This document shows positions 19,776 through 29,015 of a stretch of DNA of 64,000 nt, piece after piece (the first letter of the stretch is position 1; the number at the start of each line of letters is the position of its first letter). Source of the DNA: Elusimicrobiota bacterium. Its GTDB lineage: Bacteria > Elusimicrobiota > Elusimicrobia > UBA1565. The notes beneath the pieces were generated by a model. The model saw only the letters and a program-made list of their open reading frames with translations. It had not been told where the DNA came from and did not search any database. The position numbers were made by a program, and so were the translations under genes. The stretch is from the NCBI GenBank assembly GCA_043827405.1, contig JBDRPD010000054.1:32001-96000 (forward strand). Direction: 5' to 3'.

Positions 19776-20408
19776 ATGGCGAAGAATATGGTTTTTTTGG
19801 GACCGCAAGGATCGGGCAAGGGCACGGTGATTGCGAAGATTAAGGACAGCCTCGGCGTCCCGCATATTTCGACCGGCGATATGTTTCGCGCCGCCCTTAA
19901 AGAGGGGACGGAGTTCGGCAACAAGGCCAAGGAGTACATGAACAAGGGAGAGCTCGTTCCGGACGAGGTAACCTGCGGCATGGTCAAGGAGCGGATCGCC
20001 AAGCCCGACTGCGGTGAAGGTTTCGTCCTCGACGGCTTCCCGCGCAACCTGTCCCAGGCCGAGGCGCTTTCCAGGATTACCAGCATCGACAAGGCCGTTC
20101 TCCTGGATGTGCCGGAGGAAGTTTCCCTGAAGCGGCTGACCGGCCGCCGGCAATGCCGCGAGTGCGGAACGATCTTCAACCTCGAGTTTGTCCCGCCCAA
20201 AACCGAGGGCGTTTGCGACAAGTGCCGGGGCGAGCTCTACCAGCGCGACGACGACAAGCCGGAGGCCATCAAGGAGCGGCTGGCCATTTACCAGCGCGAG
20301 ACTTCTCCGATCGTCGACTACTACAAGAACGACGGCGTGCTCGCTTCGGTCGACGGCACGGCCGCCATCAGCGACGTGGTCAAGCAGGTGCTGGCCAAGA
20401 TCGGCTGA
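19776..20408 (+). CDS. adk: Adenylate kinase with zinc-binding lid
   Basis: GPQGSGKGT, HISTGDMFR, LDGFPR, lid CRECG...CDKC, QRDDD. Confidence 0.97.
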   Translation: MAKNMVFLGPQGSGKGTVIAKIKDSLGVPHISTGDMFRAALKEGTEFGNKAKEYMNKGELVPDEVTCGMVKERIAKPDCGEGFVLDGFPRNLSQAEALSRITSIDKAVLLDVPEEVSLKRLTGRRQCRECGTIFNLEFVPPKTEGVCDKCRGELYQRDDDKPEAIKERLAIYQRETSPIVDYYKNDGVLASVDGTAAISDVVKQVLAKIG

Positions 20409-20410
20409 GC

Positions 20411-21064
20411 GTGACGACGTCCACGCAGGACGCTCTCGAATACTTCGCGGGGCTGCTGCAAAAAAACGAGGCGCACGCGCGCGAACACGGCCACCTCTAC
20501 GCCGTGATGAAGGACGGTCAGCGCCCCAAGATCGTCATCGCGCTGTGCGCCGACTCGCGGATTCAGACCTGCATCTTCGGCAGCGGCCTCGAACTCATCA
20601 ACAACATCTTCGTCGGACGCGACATCGGCAACTGCTACACCGACAGCGAGGGCGCGGTCGATTACGCGGTGCGCAGCCTGGGGGTCCCGGTTCTGTTTAT
20701 TATGGGGCATACCGGGTGCGGCGCGGCGGCGGCGGCCCGCAGCGATTATTCCGCCGCGACTGCGGCCGTGAAGTCGCGTCTTGATAACTTCAAGACCTGC
20801 GGCGATGCCGCCCGCGATCCGCAGGCGAACGTGGACGCCCAGGTGGCGCTGGCGCTCAAGAGGTATGCGCCAGAGGTGGCGGCGGGTGAACTGACCGTTA
20901 TCGGCGGAGTATTCGACCTGCTGGGCCAATACGATGCCCTTCCCGGCAAGGTCTATCTGACCAACTTCAACGGCAGCGCCGATCCCGCCGAAATCCTGCG
21001 CGGGCTGGGCAGGTCCGGCGCCTTCCGGGAGGAACTCCTGGAAGGCTGCGTCAAGCGGCTCTAA
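20411..21064 (+). CDS. Beta-class carbonic anhydrase
   Basis: CADSR and GHTGCG zinc ligands; GTG start just after adk. Confidence 0.9.
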   Translation: MTTSTQDALEYFAGLLQKNEAHAREHGHLYAVMKDGQRPKIVIALCADSRIQTCIFGSGLELINNIFVGRDIGNCYTDSEGAVDYAVRSLGVPVLFIMGHTGCGAAAAARSDYSAATAAVKSRLDNFKTCGDAARDPQANVDAQVALALKRYAPEVAAGELTVIGGVFDLLGQYDALPGKVYLTNFNGSADPAEILRGLGRSGAFREELLEGCVKRL

Positions 21065-21945
21065 ATACTGCGCGGCAGCAGCTTTTGCAGCTCGTCGCAG
21101 AGGCTGTCGAGCAGCTTCTTGCGGATGCTCGACTTGCGCCAGTACAGGGCGATTCGGCGTGCCGGTTTGGGCTTGGAGAACGGCGTATAGGTGATCCCGT
21201 CGTTTTTGCGCATGGCCAGCTTGGGGATCAGAGTCATCCCCACGTTCGCCGCCACCATCTGGCGCAAAGTCTCCATGCTGCTGGCGCGGAAATCGGGGAA
21301 CTCGCTGACGTTGACATGCGAGCAGAACTCCAGCGCCTGGTCGCGCAGGCAGTGGCCTTCCTCGAGCAGCAGCAGCTGCTTGCCCTTGATGTCGGAGCGC
21401 TTAAGCGTCTTCTTGTCCGGCCAGCGGTTCGACTTCGCGGTGGCGAGAAAGAACTCCTCCTCAAACAGCAGGCGGTGCTCCAGGAAATCCTCTTTGACCG
21501 GGAGGGCGAGAAATGCCGCGTCGATCTCGCCGTCTTCAAGCCGGCGGATCAGGATGTCGGTCTTCTCTTCCCGGAGGATGAGCTTCAGGGACGGATATTT
21601 TTTCATCAGGCCGGGGACGATGTGAGGAAGGAGGTAGGGGGCCAGGGTCGGGAACAGCCCCAACTTAAGCTTGCCCGAATAGGGGTCCTTGGCGTCGCGC
21701 GTCATGGTTCTTATTTCGTTAGCGCCGCGTAGAACCACCTGCGCGTGGGCGGCGACTTTCTGGCCCAGCTCCGTGATCAGCACGCGCCGGTTGGTGCGCT
21801 CCAGAAGCTTGACGCCTAATTCTTGTTCCAATTTCTTGATCTGCATGCTTAGGGTGGGCTGGGTGGCGAACACCGCCTGCGCGGCCTTGCCGAAATGTTT
21901 ATGCTCGGCTACGGCGACCAGATATTCAAGATCCCTGAGATTCAT
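21061..21945 (-). CDS. oxyR: Hydrogen peroxide-sensing LysR regulator OxyR
   Basis: LysR HTH MNLRDLEYLVAV..QPTLS; LEEGHCLRDQALEFC with both redox cysteines; SSMETLRQMV. Confidence 0.92.
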   Translation of the reverse strand: MNLRDLEYLVAVAEHKHFGKAAQAVFATQPTLSMQIKKLEQELGVKLLERTNRRVLITELGQKVAAHAQVVLRGANEIRTMTRDAKDPYSGKLKLGLFPTLAPYLLPHIVPGLMKKYPSLKLILREEKTDILIRRLEDGEIDAAFLALPVKEDFLEHRLLFEEEFFLATAKSNRWPDKKTLKRSDIKGKQLLLLEEGHCLRDQALEFCSHVNVSEFPDFRASSMETLRQMVAANVGMTLIPKLAMRKNDGITYTPFSKPKPARRIALYWRKSSIRKKLLDSLCDELQKLLPRSI

Positions 21946-21957
21946 GCCCCGTCTCCT

Positions 21958-21994
21958 ATAGACTAAATGTATTAATTAAATAGTATCAATTGAT
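21958..21994. promoter_or_regulatory. OxyR-binding site
   Basis: ATAG-N7-GTAT-N7-ATAG-N7-TGAT matches the four-tetramer OxyR consensus ATAG-N7-CTAT-N7-ATAG-N7-CTAT; lies between oxyR and the divergent gene. Confidence 0.8.
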
Positions 21995-22073
21995 TGGACG
22001 AATAATCAAACTCCGGGTATCATAAAGATGCGGGCGCAGCGAGCGCCGCGACGGATAATCTACGGAGGAACGA

Positions 22074-22514
22074 ATGACCAAAACCAAGGAGCTTCAGGAA
22101 GAGATCGTCGAGAATATGCGGCATTGGCAGAAGATCGAGAGTGGCTCGGTCGCCATGACGGGCACCATTATGAGCAAGACCGATAGTCCGGTTATTAAGC
22201 TGATCATGGAGATCATCCAGCACGACTCGAAGATGCATCACCGCATCCAGCAGCTGATTATCGACAGCCTGCAGAAGGAATCCATTTCCCTGACTCCGGA
22301 AGAGTTGGGCAAGGTTTGGGACTTGATTGAGCAGCATATTAAGATGGAAGAAGAGACTGTCCGGCTTGCTAAAGAGAGCAAGGATGCGCTCAAGGGCCGC
22401 AAAATGATGGTGCAGGAATATCTGCTGGACTACCTGATCATGGACGAAGAGAAGCACGACAAAACGCTGGAGACCCTGGCCACCATCAAGAAGGGGATGT
22501 ATCCCTACGGTTGA
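22074..22514 (+). CDS. Ferritin-like (four-helix di-iron) domain protein
   Basis: Repeated acidic/His ligands (HDSKMHH, HIKMEEE, DEEKH); GGAGG RBS. Confidence 0.75.
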   Translation: MTKTKELQEEIVENMRHWQKIESGSVAMTGTIMSKTDSPVIKLIMEIIQHDSKMHHRIQQLIIDSLQKESISLTPEELGKVWDLIEQHIKMEEETVRLAKESKDALKGRKMMVQEYLLDYLIMDEEKHDKTLETLATIKKGMYPYG

Positions 22515-22531
22515 TATTGTAGTCTTCTAAG

Positions 22532-23197
22532 ATGACGGCTTCGTTGGGACGCAAGGACTTAGACGATCTTATTATGCAGGGCACCGCGGAAGAGCTCCGT
22601 GGTGCCCTGCTTGATTCCAAGATGCGGGGGAAGCTGCGCCGGCGCATCGTCTCGCTGCTCAACTCCCCCGATCCGGATACCAAGTGGCGGGCCGCTTTGG
22701 CGATGGGCATAGCCGCCGCCGAGGGGGTTCTGCCGGCGGCGAAGGTGGAGCAGCATGTACAGCGCTTCCTGTGGGCGATGAACGATGAGTCGGGCGCCGT
22801 TCCTTTCGGCGTTCCCGAAGCCTTGGGCGAGCTCTTGGCGGCGCGGCCGGAGTTCCAGCGGCGGATTTTGCCGATTCTCGTCTCCTATCTGGTTTCCGAA
22901 GAGATATACCAAACCGGATCGATTCTGGCGGGCGCGATTTGGGCTCTGGGGCGAGTGGGGCTCGAGAGCGAAGACGGCCGCAAGCGGGCGCTTCCCGGGC
23001 TGCGAGCGGCGCTGGGCAGTGCTGCGCCGGAAGTCCGCGGGGCGGCATTATGGACGCTGAAGCGTCTCGGTCTGGGCGCCGAAGTCGGCCCCGAGATTCT
23101 GCCGCTGCGCGAAGACAAGGCGGTGATCCGCCTGCTTGTCGACGGCGAGATTATGAGCTGCGAACTCGGACAGCTTGCGCGCGAGGCGGTTGGATGA
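22532..23197 (+). CDS. HEAT-repeat protein, DVU0298-like
   Basis: RFLWAMNDESGAVPFGVPEALGE motif; HEAT-like repeats (AIWALGR, VRGAALWTL). Confidence 0.75.
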   Translation: MTASLGRKDLDDLIMQGTAEELRGALLDSKMRGKLRRRIVSLLNSPDPDTKWRAALAMGIAAAEGVLPAAKVEQHVQRFLWAMNDESGAVPFGVPEALGELLAARPEFQRRILPILVSYLVSEEIYQTGSILAGAIWALGRVGLESEDGRKRALPGLRAALGSAAPEVRGAALWTLKRLGLGAEVGPEILPLREDKAVIRLLVDGEIMSCELGQLAREAVG

Positions 23198-23880
23198 CGC
23201 GCGCGCAAAGCGAGGCGATGCGGCGGGCGATGAAGGCGACGCCGATGTTTTCGGCGCTGGATAATAAATCCCTGGACCGCTTCATTAAGCGGAGCATGTC
23301 CCATTGTTTCCCCGCGGGCGAGGTTATCGTTGAGCCGGGCGAGCGCGCCGACCGTTTTTTTGTCGTCCTCTCCGGGAGCGTCAAGGTCTATAAGATTTCA
23401 CCGCGCGGAGACGAGCAGGTCCTGCATGTCTTCGGCGCCGGAAATACGTTCGGCGAGGCGGCGATGTGGATGGGGGGGAAGTTCCCGGCTTTTGCCGAAG
23501 CCGTGGAAGAAAGCCTGCTGCTGACCGTTCCTCAGACCGTGCTGCGCCAAGCAGTGGCCGATGATCCTGATCTAGCGCTTGGTATTATGGCGGGGCTGTC
23601 GTCCAAGCTGCGGGAGTTTGTACGGCTTATTGAAGACCTTTCACTCAAGGAGGTCCCCGCCCGCCTGGCCGGCGTACTGCTGCAGGAAGCGGAGTCCGCC
23701 GGCGCGAAGAAATTTAGGATGCGTCAGACCAAGCGGCAGCTTGCCGCCCGCATCGGCACCATCGCCGAGACCCTGAGCCGCGCGCTCAAGAAGCTTAAGG
23801 CCGCCGGCCTCATCGATGTGCAGGGGGCCGAGTTTACGATTCGCGACGCCGCGGCGCTCAAGAAGCTCTCCGAGTCCTAG
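23194..23880 (+). CDS. Crp/Fnr family transcriptional regulator, HcpR-like
   Basis: cNMP-binding domain (GSVKVYK, FGEAA), HTH IGTIAETLSR; ATGA overlap with the previous gene. Confidence 0.88.
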   Translation: MTRAQSEAMRRAMKATPMFSALDNKSLDRFIKRSMSHCFPAGEVIVEPGERADRFFVVLSGSVKVYKISPRGDEQVLHVFGAGNTFGEAAMWMGGKFPAFAEAVEESLLLTVPQTVLRQAVADDPDLALGIMAGLSSKLREFVRLIEDLSLKEVPARLAGVLLQEAESAGAKKFRMRQTKRQLAARIGTIAETLSRALKKLKAAGLIDVQGAEFTIRDAAALKKLSES

Positions 23881-25184
23881 CGGCCGCGGAGCACGACGTC
23901 CGATGCACTGTGGTAGGTCGGGGTCTGCTCGCGGTTCTGCAGACGGGCCTCGTCCTGGACCTTGGGCTTGAGATAGTCGTAGAGGCTCTTGGTCGTCACG
24001 CTTCCCCTGCTGTCTTTGGCCTCGCCGTTAAGTCCCTTGAGGAGGAAATAGGTGAAGATGCCGTGGCCTTCTTCCTTGAGCGTGGTCGTGATCTCATTGC
24101 CGGAAGCCGCCGTCAGCAATGTAAGCTTGCCGCTTGGAGCCTGCCCCATATCGATCTGCGTTACCAATGGACGCGCTCCTGCGGCGAGGACCGAACGGCC
24201 TCCGGCGCCGGAAAAACAGGCGTCGAGGGCGACGACGATTTGCTTGGCTTTGAGCCCGTTTAAAGAGGCATAGAGATGTTCTACGGAATAGGCGGTCGTC
24301 TTGAGAAATTGAGCGTCCCCGTCCCATGGGACGAGGTAGGCTTTCCCCGTGGCGGGATCGGGCGCGCCGTGCCCCGAAAAATAGAAGAACACGTTTGAGT
24401 TCGGCTTGACGTTGAGCGGCAGCCACTCTTCCAGATACTTCCGAAGCCCCGTGCGGGTCGCGTTCTCGCCCGTCAGCAGCACCACGTGACGCTGGGGATA
24501 GCCCATCGCGGACAAGTGTCTCGCCATGGCCGCGGCGTCGCGTTCGGCGAACTGCGCAGCGGGAAGGTCTTTGTAGTCGTCGATGCCCACGACAAGAGCG
24601 AAGTCATCCGGACGCTCCGCCAGCTTGAATTTGGGATGGTCCATGTCGGACGTGAATTGCTTCGGGGGCGCGGGATCGGCAGCGACGGGCGCGGGCGTCT
24701 TTCGGGCCAGCCGGGCGGATCTTTTTGCCGCGAGTTCCGAGTAGGCCGGTGTCCCCGGTCCCAGGGCCCGCGCCAGGTCGGCCGCGATGAAGTCTCCGTT
24801 AACGCAGTATTTGTCGAATCCCTTACAGCGCGACTTGCCCGAATAAAGCCTTTTTCTGGTGTAGGCCGAGGTCGCCGTCACGTCCGGAAACATCGCGCTG
24901 GGGCTGAGGGTGAACTTGCCCATATTGTTTGTGATGGAAACGAAGACGTCGACGTCTTGCGCCTGGAAAGATCGGACGGCTTCCACGGAAGCGAAGATGT
25001 TGGCCATCCGCATCTTCTCCGCGGCTTCCTCGTTGAACCCTTCCTCCGGGCGGATGGGAAGAATACCCAGGGATAGATCCACCGGCTCGGGCGGCGGTAA
25101 GCCCGGCTGATGCGGTCCTCCCCCGGCGGCGCAGCCGCATAGGGCCGCGGCAAGCAATACTAGGAAAAACGGGGGGATGTTCAT
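23877..25184 (-). CDS. Caspase-like (peptidase C14) lipoprotein
   Basis: Lipobox-like LCGC; ALVVGID, FYFSGHG (His), LDACFSG (Cys), HGIFT, EQTP; AGGAG RBS. Confidence 0.9.
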   Translation of the reverse strand: MNIPPFFLVLLAAALCGCAAGGGPHQPGLPPPEPVDLSLGILPIRPEEGFNEEAAEKMRMANIFASVEAVRSFQAQDVDVFVSITNNMGKFTLSPSAMFPDVTATSAYTRKRLYSGKSRCKGFDKYCVNGDFIAADLARALGPGTPAYSELAAKRSARLARKTPAPVAADPAPPKQFTSDMDHPKFKLAERPDDFALVVGIDDYKDLPAAQFAERDAAAMARHLSAMGYPQRHVVLLTGENATRTGLRKYLEEWLPLNVKPNSNVFFYFSGHGAPDPATGKAYLVPWDGDAQFLKTTAYSVEHLYASLNGLKAKQIVVALDACFSGAGGRSVLAAGARPLVTQIDMGQAPSGKLTLLTAASGNEITTTLKEEGHGIFTYFLLKGLNGEAKDSRGSVTTKSLYDYLKPKVQDEARLQNREQTPTYHSASDVVLRGR

Positions 25185-25250
25185 CGCTCCTTGCGCAAAG
25201 ACCACGAACGGATTCGTGACTAGCTTATCAAATGAGATGCCCGTCAGGGC

Positions 25251-27230
25251 TCAACGCCCCGCTTCAGCTTCAGCGCGCTTGCGGCGGAGCTCCCGGATGC
25301 GCTTCACGCGGACATAACGCAGGCGCTTGCGGTCCTGTTCCACGGCGGGCAGCATGTCGCCCAGGACGTTGAGGGCCGTCTGCGCCATGTCCAGGATGCG
25401 GTCGCCGGGGAGGATCATGGTGTAGACCTTGGTGATCTGGCCGGACTCAAGGCCCGTCTGGCGCAGGACCGGTTCGAGCAAGGTGATGTTGGAGGCGGGG
25501 ATGCCGGGCGCGCCCATGGCGATGACGAGGACCGCGAGGGCGGTGTTGAAATACTGCAGCAAGGTCGGCGCCGCGCCGAACATCGATAGGGCGTAAAACG
25601 CCGTCAGGCCCATGTAGAGCGCGGTGCCGTACATATTGAACACCCCGCCCAGCGGCACCACGGTGTTGCGGGTCTTCTTCGAGACGCCCATGGCCTTGAG
25701 GGCTTCCTTCTCGGTCGGCATCGTCGCGCTGCTCGAGGAGAGGCTGAAGCCGACGAGCGCGGCCTTGAGAATCTCCTTGAAGTCCTTGGCGCGCGCGCCG
25801 AAGCCGAAATAGGCGGCCAACAGCACGAGCATGCCGACGGCCATGCCGACGAAGGCGGTGATGTAGTAGCCGCCGAAAGAGCTCAACAGGCCCAGCCCGC
25901 CCGTGGCCATGGACATCGAGAGCAAGGTCGCGATGGCCGGCATGCCCACGATGTCGATGAATCGCGGGAAGACCTTATTGATGAGGTCGGTCGCCTTCTC
26001 TCCCAGCTTGCCGGCTTTCTCGATGAAGGGCGCGGTATGGCTGTTGATCGCAAGCCCGACTGCCCGGTCATAGATGCGGCGCAGCGCTCCCTTCCAGCCG
26101 GGCTTGTATTCGCGATTTACCGAGCCGTCGTTGACGCCGCGCGCGCGCTTGTAGATGAGCGCGGCGGCGGTGAACAGGCCGATGATCGGCAGCATGAACT
26201 GCATGGGGCTAAAGCCCCCGTCCGCCAGGCCGGGGATGGCCGCGGCCGCGAAGCTGGCCGGGTCGACGACCGGCAGCAAGGCCGTCATCGCCATGGTGAC
26301 GCCCGCCGAGATCGCCAGGCCCGCGGCGGTGATAACGAGAAAGCCCAGCAAGGTGCGCGATTCCTTGATGACGCTGTAATGCGCGAAGGACCGGTACACA
26401 TTGAGTCCGATGAAGGGCGCGGCCAGCCAGGGTAAAACGCCGAAAAACAGCCCGGGCATGAAGCTGAGGACCGGAAGCGTGCCGAGGTTGATGCCCGCCA
26501 AGCCCAGGGCGGCGCCTCCGGCGGCCGCGATCAGGAAGCGGTTCTCCTTGAGCATGCGCCAGCGCGAGGAGGGCGTCTTCCCCGGAGCCGGCGTCTTGAG
26601 TTCCGGCGCACTCCCCTTCTTGGCCGGGCCGCGCAGGCGCGAGAGACGGCTCGGCCGTTTATTTCCCGAATCAGCCGGCACCGGAGCGGCAGCGAAGCGC
26701 CGGCCGCTCTTCTCTGTGCCGCCGTCGAACATCGCGGCGAAGCGCTCGGTCTCTTCCCCGCTCACGGAGTCCGCCGCGGCGAGGGCCGATCGCGCCGGGA
26801 CGGCGAGAGCCTTAAGAACCGCGAGCGAAGTGCGCGGCCTTTCACGCGCGGCTTGCTTCCCCGGCGCCGGAATAATCGTTTTCGCTGCGGCACGCGGCAC
26901 GGCAATGCCGGTCCGGAGCGCCGGGGATACGGGAAGGCCCACCCCGATGACGGCCGCGCGCAGCGAAGAAGCCGGTGCGTTGGTCTTCAACTCCAGCGGG
27001 ATGTCAACGGTAGGAAGAACGCTCTTGAGGGACGGGGAGAGGCTCAGCGAAGAGCCGGGAGTCCCGACGAAACTGAGTCCGGCGACACCGCCCACCGCGG
27101 CCGCCGAAACCGCCGCTCCACCCGTCTTGACTGGAACAGTCGCGCGAATCGCCGCGAAGGCTTCCTGACCCTGCGCCAGGATGAGGGAAAAGGAAAGAGA
27201 AGCGGCGAGCAGCCGGCGAAGAATGGGCAT
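25251..27230 (-). CDS. Dicarboxylate/amino acid:cation symporter (DAACS) with long N-terminal leader
   Basis: SLSSSSATMP, PLGGVFNMYGT, GAPGIP, DRILDMAQTALNVLGD motifs. Confidence 0.85.
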   Translation of the reverse strand: MPILRRLLAASLSFSLILAQGQEAFAAIRATVPVKTGGAAVSAAAVGGVAGLSFVGTPGSSLSLSPSLKSVLPTVDIPLELKTNAPASSLRAAVIGVGLPVSPALRTGIAVPRAAAKTIIPAPGKQAARERPRTSLAVLKALAVPARSALAAADSVSGEETERFAAMFDGGTEKSGRRFAAAPVPADSGNKRPSRLSRLRGPAKKGSAPELKTPAPGKTPSSRWRMLKENRFLIAAAGGAALGLAGINLGTLPVLSFMPGLFFGVLPWLAAPFIGLNVYRSFAHYSVIKESRTLLGFLVITAAGLAISAGVTMAMTALLPVVDPASFAAAAIPGLADGGFSPMQFMLPIIGLFTAAALIYKRARGVNDGSVNREYKPGWKGALRRIYDRAVGLAINSHTAPFIEKAGKLGEKATDLINKVFPRFIDIVGMPAIATLLSMSMATGGLGLLSSFGGYYITAFVGMAVGMLVLLAAYFGFGARAKDFKEILKAALVGFSLSSSSATMPTEKEALKAMGVSKKTRNTVVPLGGVFNMYGTALYMGLTAFYALSMFGAAPTLLQYFNTALAVLVIAMGAPGIPASNITLLEPVLRQTGLESGQITKVYTMILPGDRILDMAQTALNVLGDMLPAVEQDRKRLRYVRVKRIRELRRKRAEAEAGR

Positions 27231-27435
27231 CACGGCATTATAGTCCGATGCCCCGCCTACCATTACCGGCCGAAATGCCGTATCGTTCGCCGCTATCGGG
27301 CCTAGGCCGGATTGGGCCGGTGTGCCTATGACGCTGACCTCGAAAGGGTTCGGTAGGGGCCGATTAAAGATGTTGCTCGTCGTTGATGATTATCGAACTC
27401 CGTGGCTTTGAGTACTCGGCGACAGGCGGTAGATA

Positions 27436-27909
27436 TCAGTGCATAATTGGCTTTGACATCAGCGTGACTTCATTGCCTACGAGCGGACCATGAGCGCAAC
27501 GCTTTCGATTGACCACTTCCATGCCCAGGGACCTGTAGAAGGGAACACCATGACCGGTAGTCCCCAGGGTCACCTCTTGATGGCCCGAAGCTGAGATTAT
27601 TCGCTCCGCCTCGTAAAATAGAAGTTTGCCAATCCCTTGGCGATGGGTGGTCGGGTCAACATAGAGCTTGGTAATCTCGTTCTCTTTTACCGCCACTGCA
27701 CCAGCAACTTGGTCATCACATGCTACAAGCCATCGGTATTCCTTAAACTGGTGCCGAACGGCTTCTACCGAGCCCCGTTCTTTTAAGATTGCCGCAAGCT
27801 GTTCTGGGGAAAACCCATCTGGACCGGCAATAAAGCGATAGCAGGCGCATAGGATTTCGCTCACGCGAGGAATATCATTTTCCTGCATTGGGCGCACCGT
27901 GTAGCGCAT
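27436..27909 (-). CDS. GNAT family N-acetyltransferase
   Basis: LYVDP..HRQGIGKLL acetyl-CoA motif, FYRSLG; lower GC than the flanking genes. Confidence 0.88.
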   Translation of the reverse strand: MRYTVRPMQENDIPRVSEILCACYRFIAGPDGFSPEQLAAILKERGSVEAVRHQFKEYRWLVACDDQVAGAVAVKENEITKLYVDPTTHRQGIGKLLFYEAERIISASGHQEVTLGTTGHGVPFYRSLGMEVVNRKRCAHGPLVGNEVTLMSKPIMH

Positions 27910-27977
27910 AAGATAATGGTAGCAAAGTGAAAATCCTCCAGAGGGGGGGCTCTGTTCGGTTATAACCTGTTATAACT

Positions 27978-28093
27978 GCTGCCTGTCGTTGGCAGTATTA
28001 GAACTTGGGTCGAGGCCCAAAATAGCCTAGAAGTGCAGAATGTCGCGGTTTCGGCCGGTTATCCACAACCCGAATAGGACGTAATCAGAACCG
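27978..28093. repeat. ~115-bp imperfect direct repeat, copy 1
   Basis: Aligns colinearly with 28899-29014 (GTCGTTGGC.GTATTAGAACTTGGG...GAAGTGCA...GCCGGTTATCCACAACCCGAATAGGAC). Confidence 0.92.
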
Positions 28094-28146
28094 GCCGAGG
28101 ACCGAAGCCCGCAAAGAGAGATGCCGCGATCAACCCTTGAACGAAA

Positions 28147-28175
28147 GGCCAGGCTCGGGAATCCCGAGCCTGGCC
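28147..28175. terminator. Strong hairpin, probable terminator
   Basis: GGCCAGGCTCGGGA-A-TCCCGAGCCTGGCC perfect inverted repeat downstream of the ORF6N gene. Confidence 0.7.
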
Positions 28176-28252
28176 CTCGTCGCAGCGCAGAAAATCCCTG
28201 AGCTTTTCATGGGTTCCGCAGGATCCGAATAGGACGGTGCTCGAACCGGGGA

Positions 28253-28771
28253 TTAGCCGGGCTTAAACCCGATCCTGCGCGGCGGCTCATCACCGGGTTC
28301 CATCAGGTCTCTGATTGCGTTGAAAAGAAGTCCGATTTTCTCATCGTGGTTTCCGACCCGCTTTTCCAGGTCCTTCAGTTTCCGCGCAAGTTCCTTGTGG
28401 GCGCCGATCAGTCGCCTGAGCCGGACGAAGGCTCGGGCTATCTGGACACTTGCCCGGACGGCCATGGGAGTATTCAGCACGCTTGCGAGCATCACGGCGC
28501 CGTGCTCAGTGAAGGCGTAGGGACGGTAGCGGCGTCCGCCTCGTCCTGTTTTTGAGGTCACAGATTGTGACCTCAAAGATTGGGTTTCCTTTTCGTTTAG
28601 CTGGAACATGAAATCCAGCGGGAAACGTCCTTCGTTTCTACGAACAGCTTGGTTTAGATGCCGCGTCAGAACGCCGTAGATTTGAGCGAGGTCCGCGTCC
28701 AGCATGACGCGATGGCCCCGGATCAGCAGGATACGCGGAGCAATCGTCTCCGGCCCGACGGGCAGTCCCAT
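28253..28771 (-). CDS. ORF6N domain DNA-binding protein
   Basis: IRGHRVMLDADLAQIYGV, VRRNEGRFPLDFMFQL, PYAFTEHGAVMLASVLN, C-terminal RRIGF. Confidence 0.92.
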   Translation of the reverse strand: MGLPVGPETIAPRILLIRGHRVMLDADLAQIYGVLTRHLNQAVRRNEGRFPLDFMFQLNEKETQSLRSQSVTSKTGRGGRRYRPYAFTEHGAVMLASVLNTPMAVRASVQIARAFVRLRRLIGAHKELARKLKDLEKRVGNHDEKIGLLFNAIRDLMEPGDEPPRRIGFKPG

Positions 28772-28898
28772 ACTACTTATACGAATGAGACTAGAAAATC
28801 GTTCCCGAAAATTTCGTAACGGACGAATAAGGCCCCCCACAGGGAGGGCCTTCGTGCTGTTCCCGTTTTCTAAGTGTTATTAGAACTTCTGAAAGATG

Positions 28899-29014
28899 GC
28901 TGCCCGTCGTTGGCGGTATTAGAACTTGGGCGGGGGCCGAAAATGGCCTGGAAGTGCAAAATATCGCAGTTTTAGCCGGTTATCCACAACCCGAATAGGA
29001 CAGTAATAGAACCG
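28899..29014. repeat. ~115-bp imperfect direct repeat, copy 2
   Basis: Aligns with 27978-28093 at an offset of 921 bp. Confidence 0.92.
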
Positions 29015-29015
29015 A

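Noticed and set aside
27978..29014. Replication origin (oriC)
   Set aside because: Only two DnaA boxes 921 bp apart inside a duplicated element; no box cluster, unwinding element or dnaA/dnaN context.
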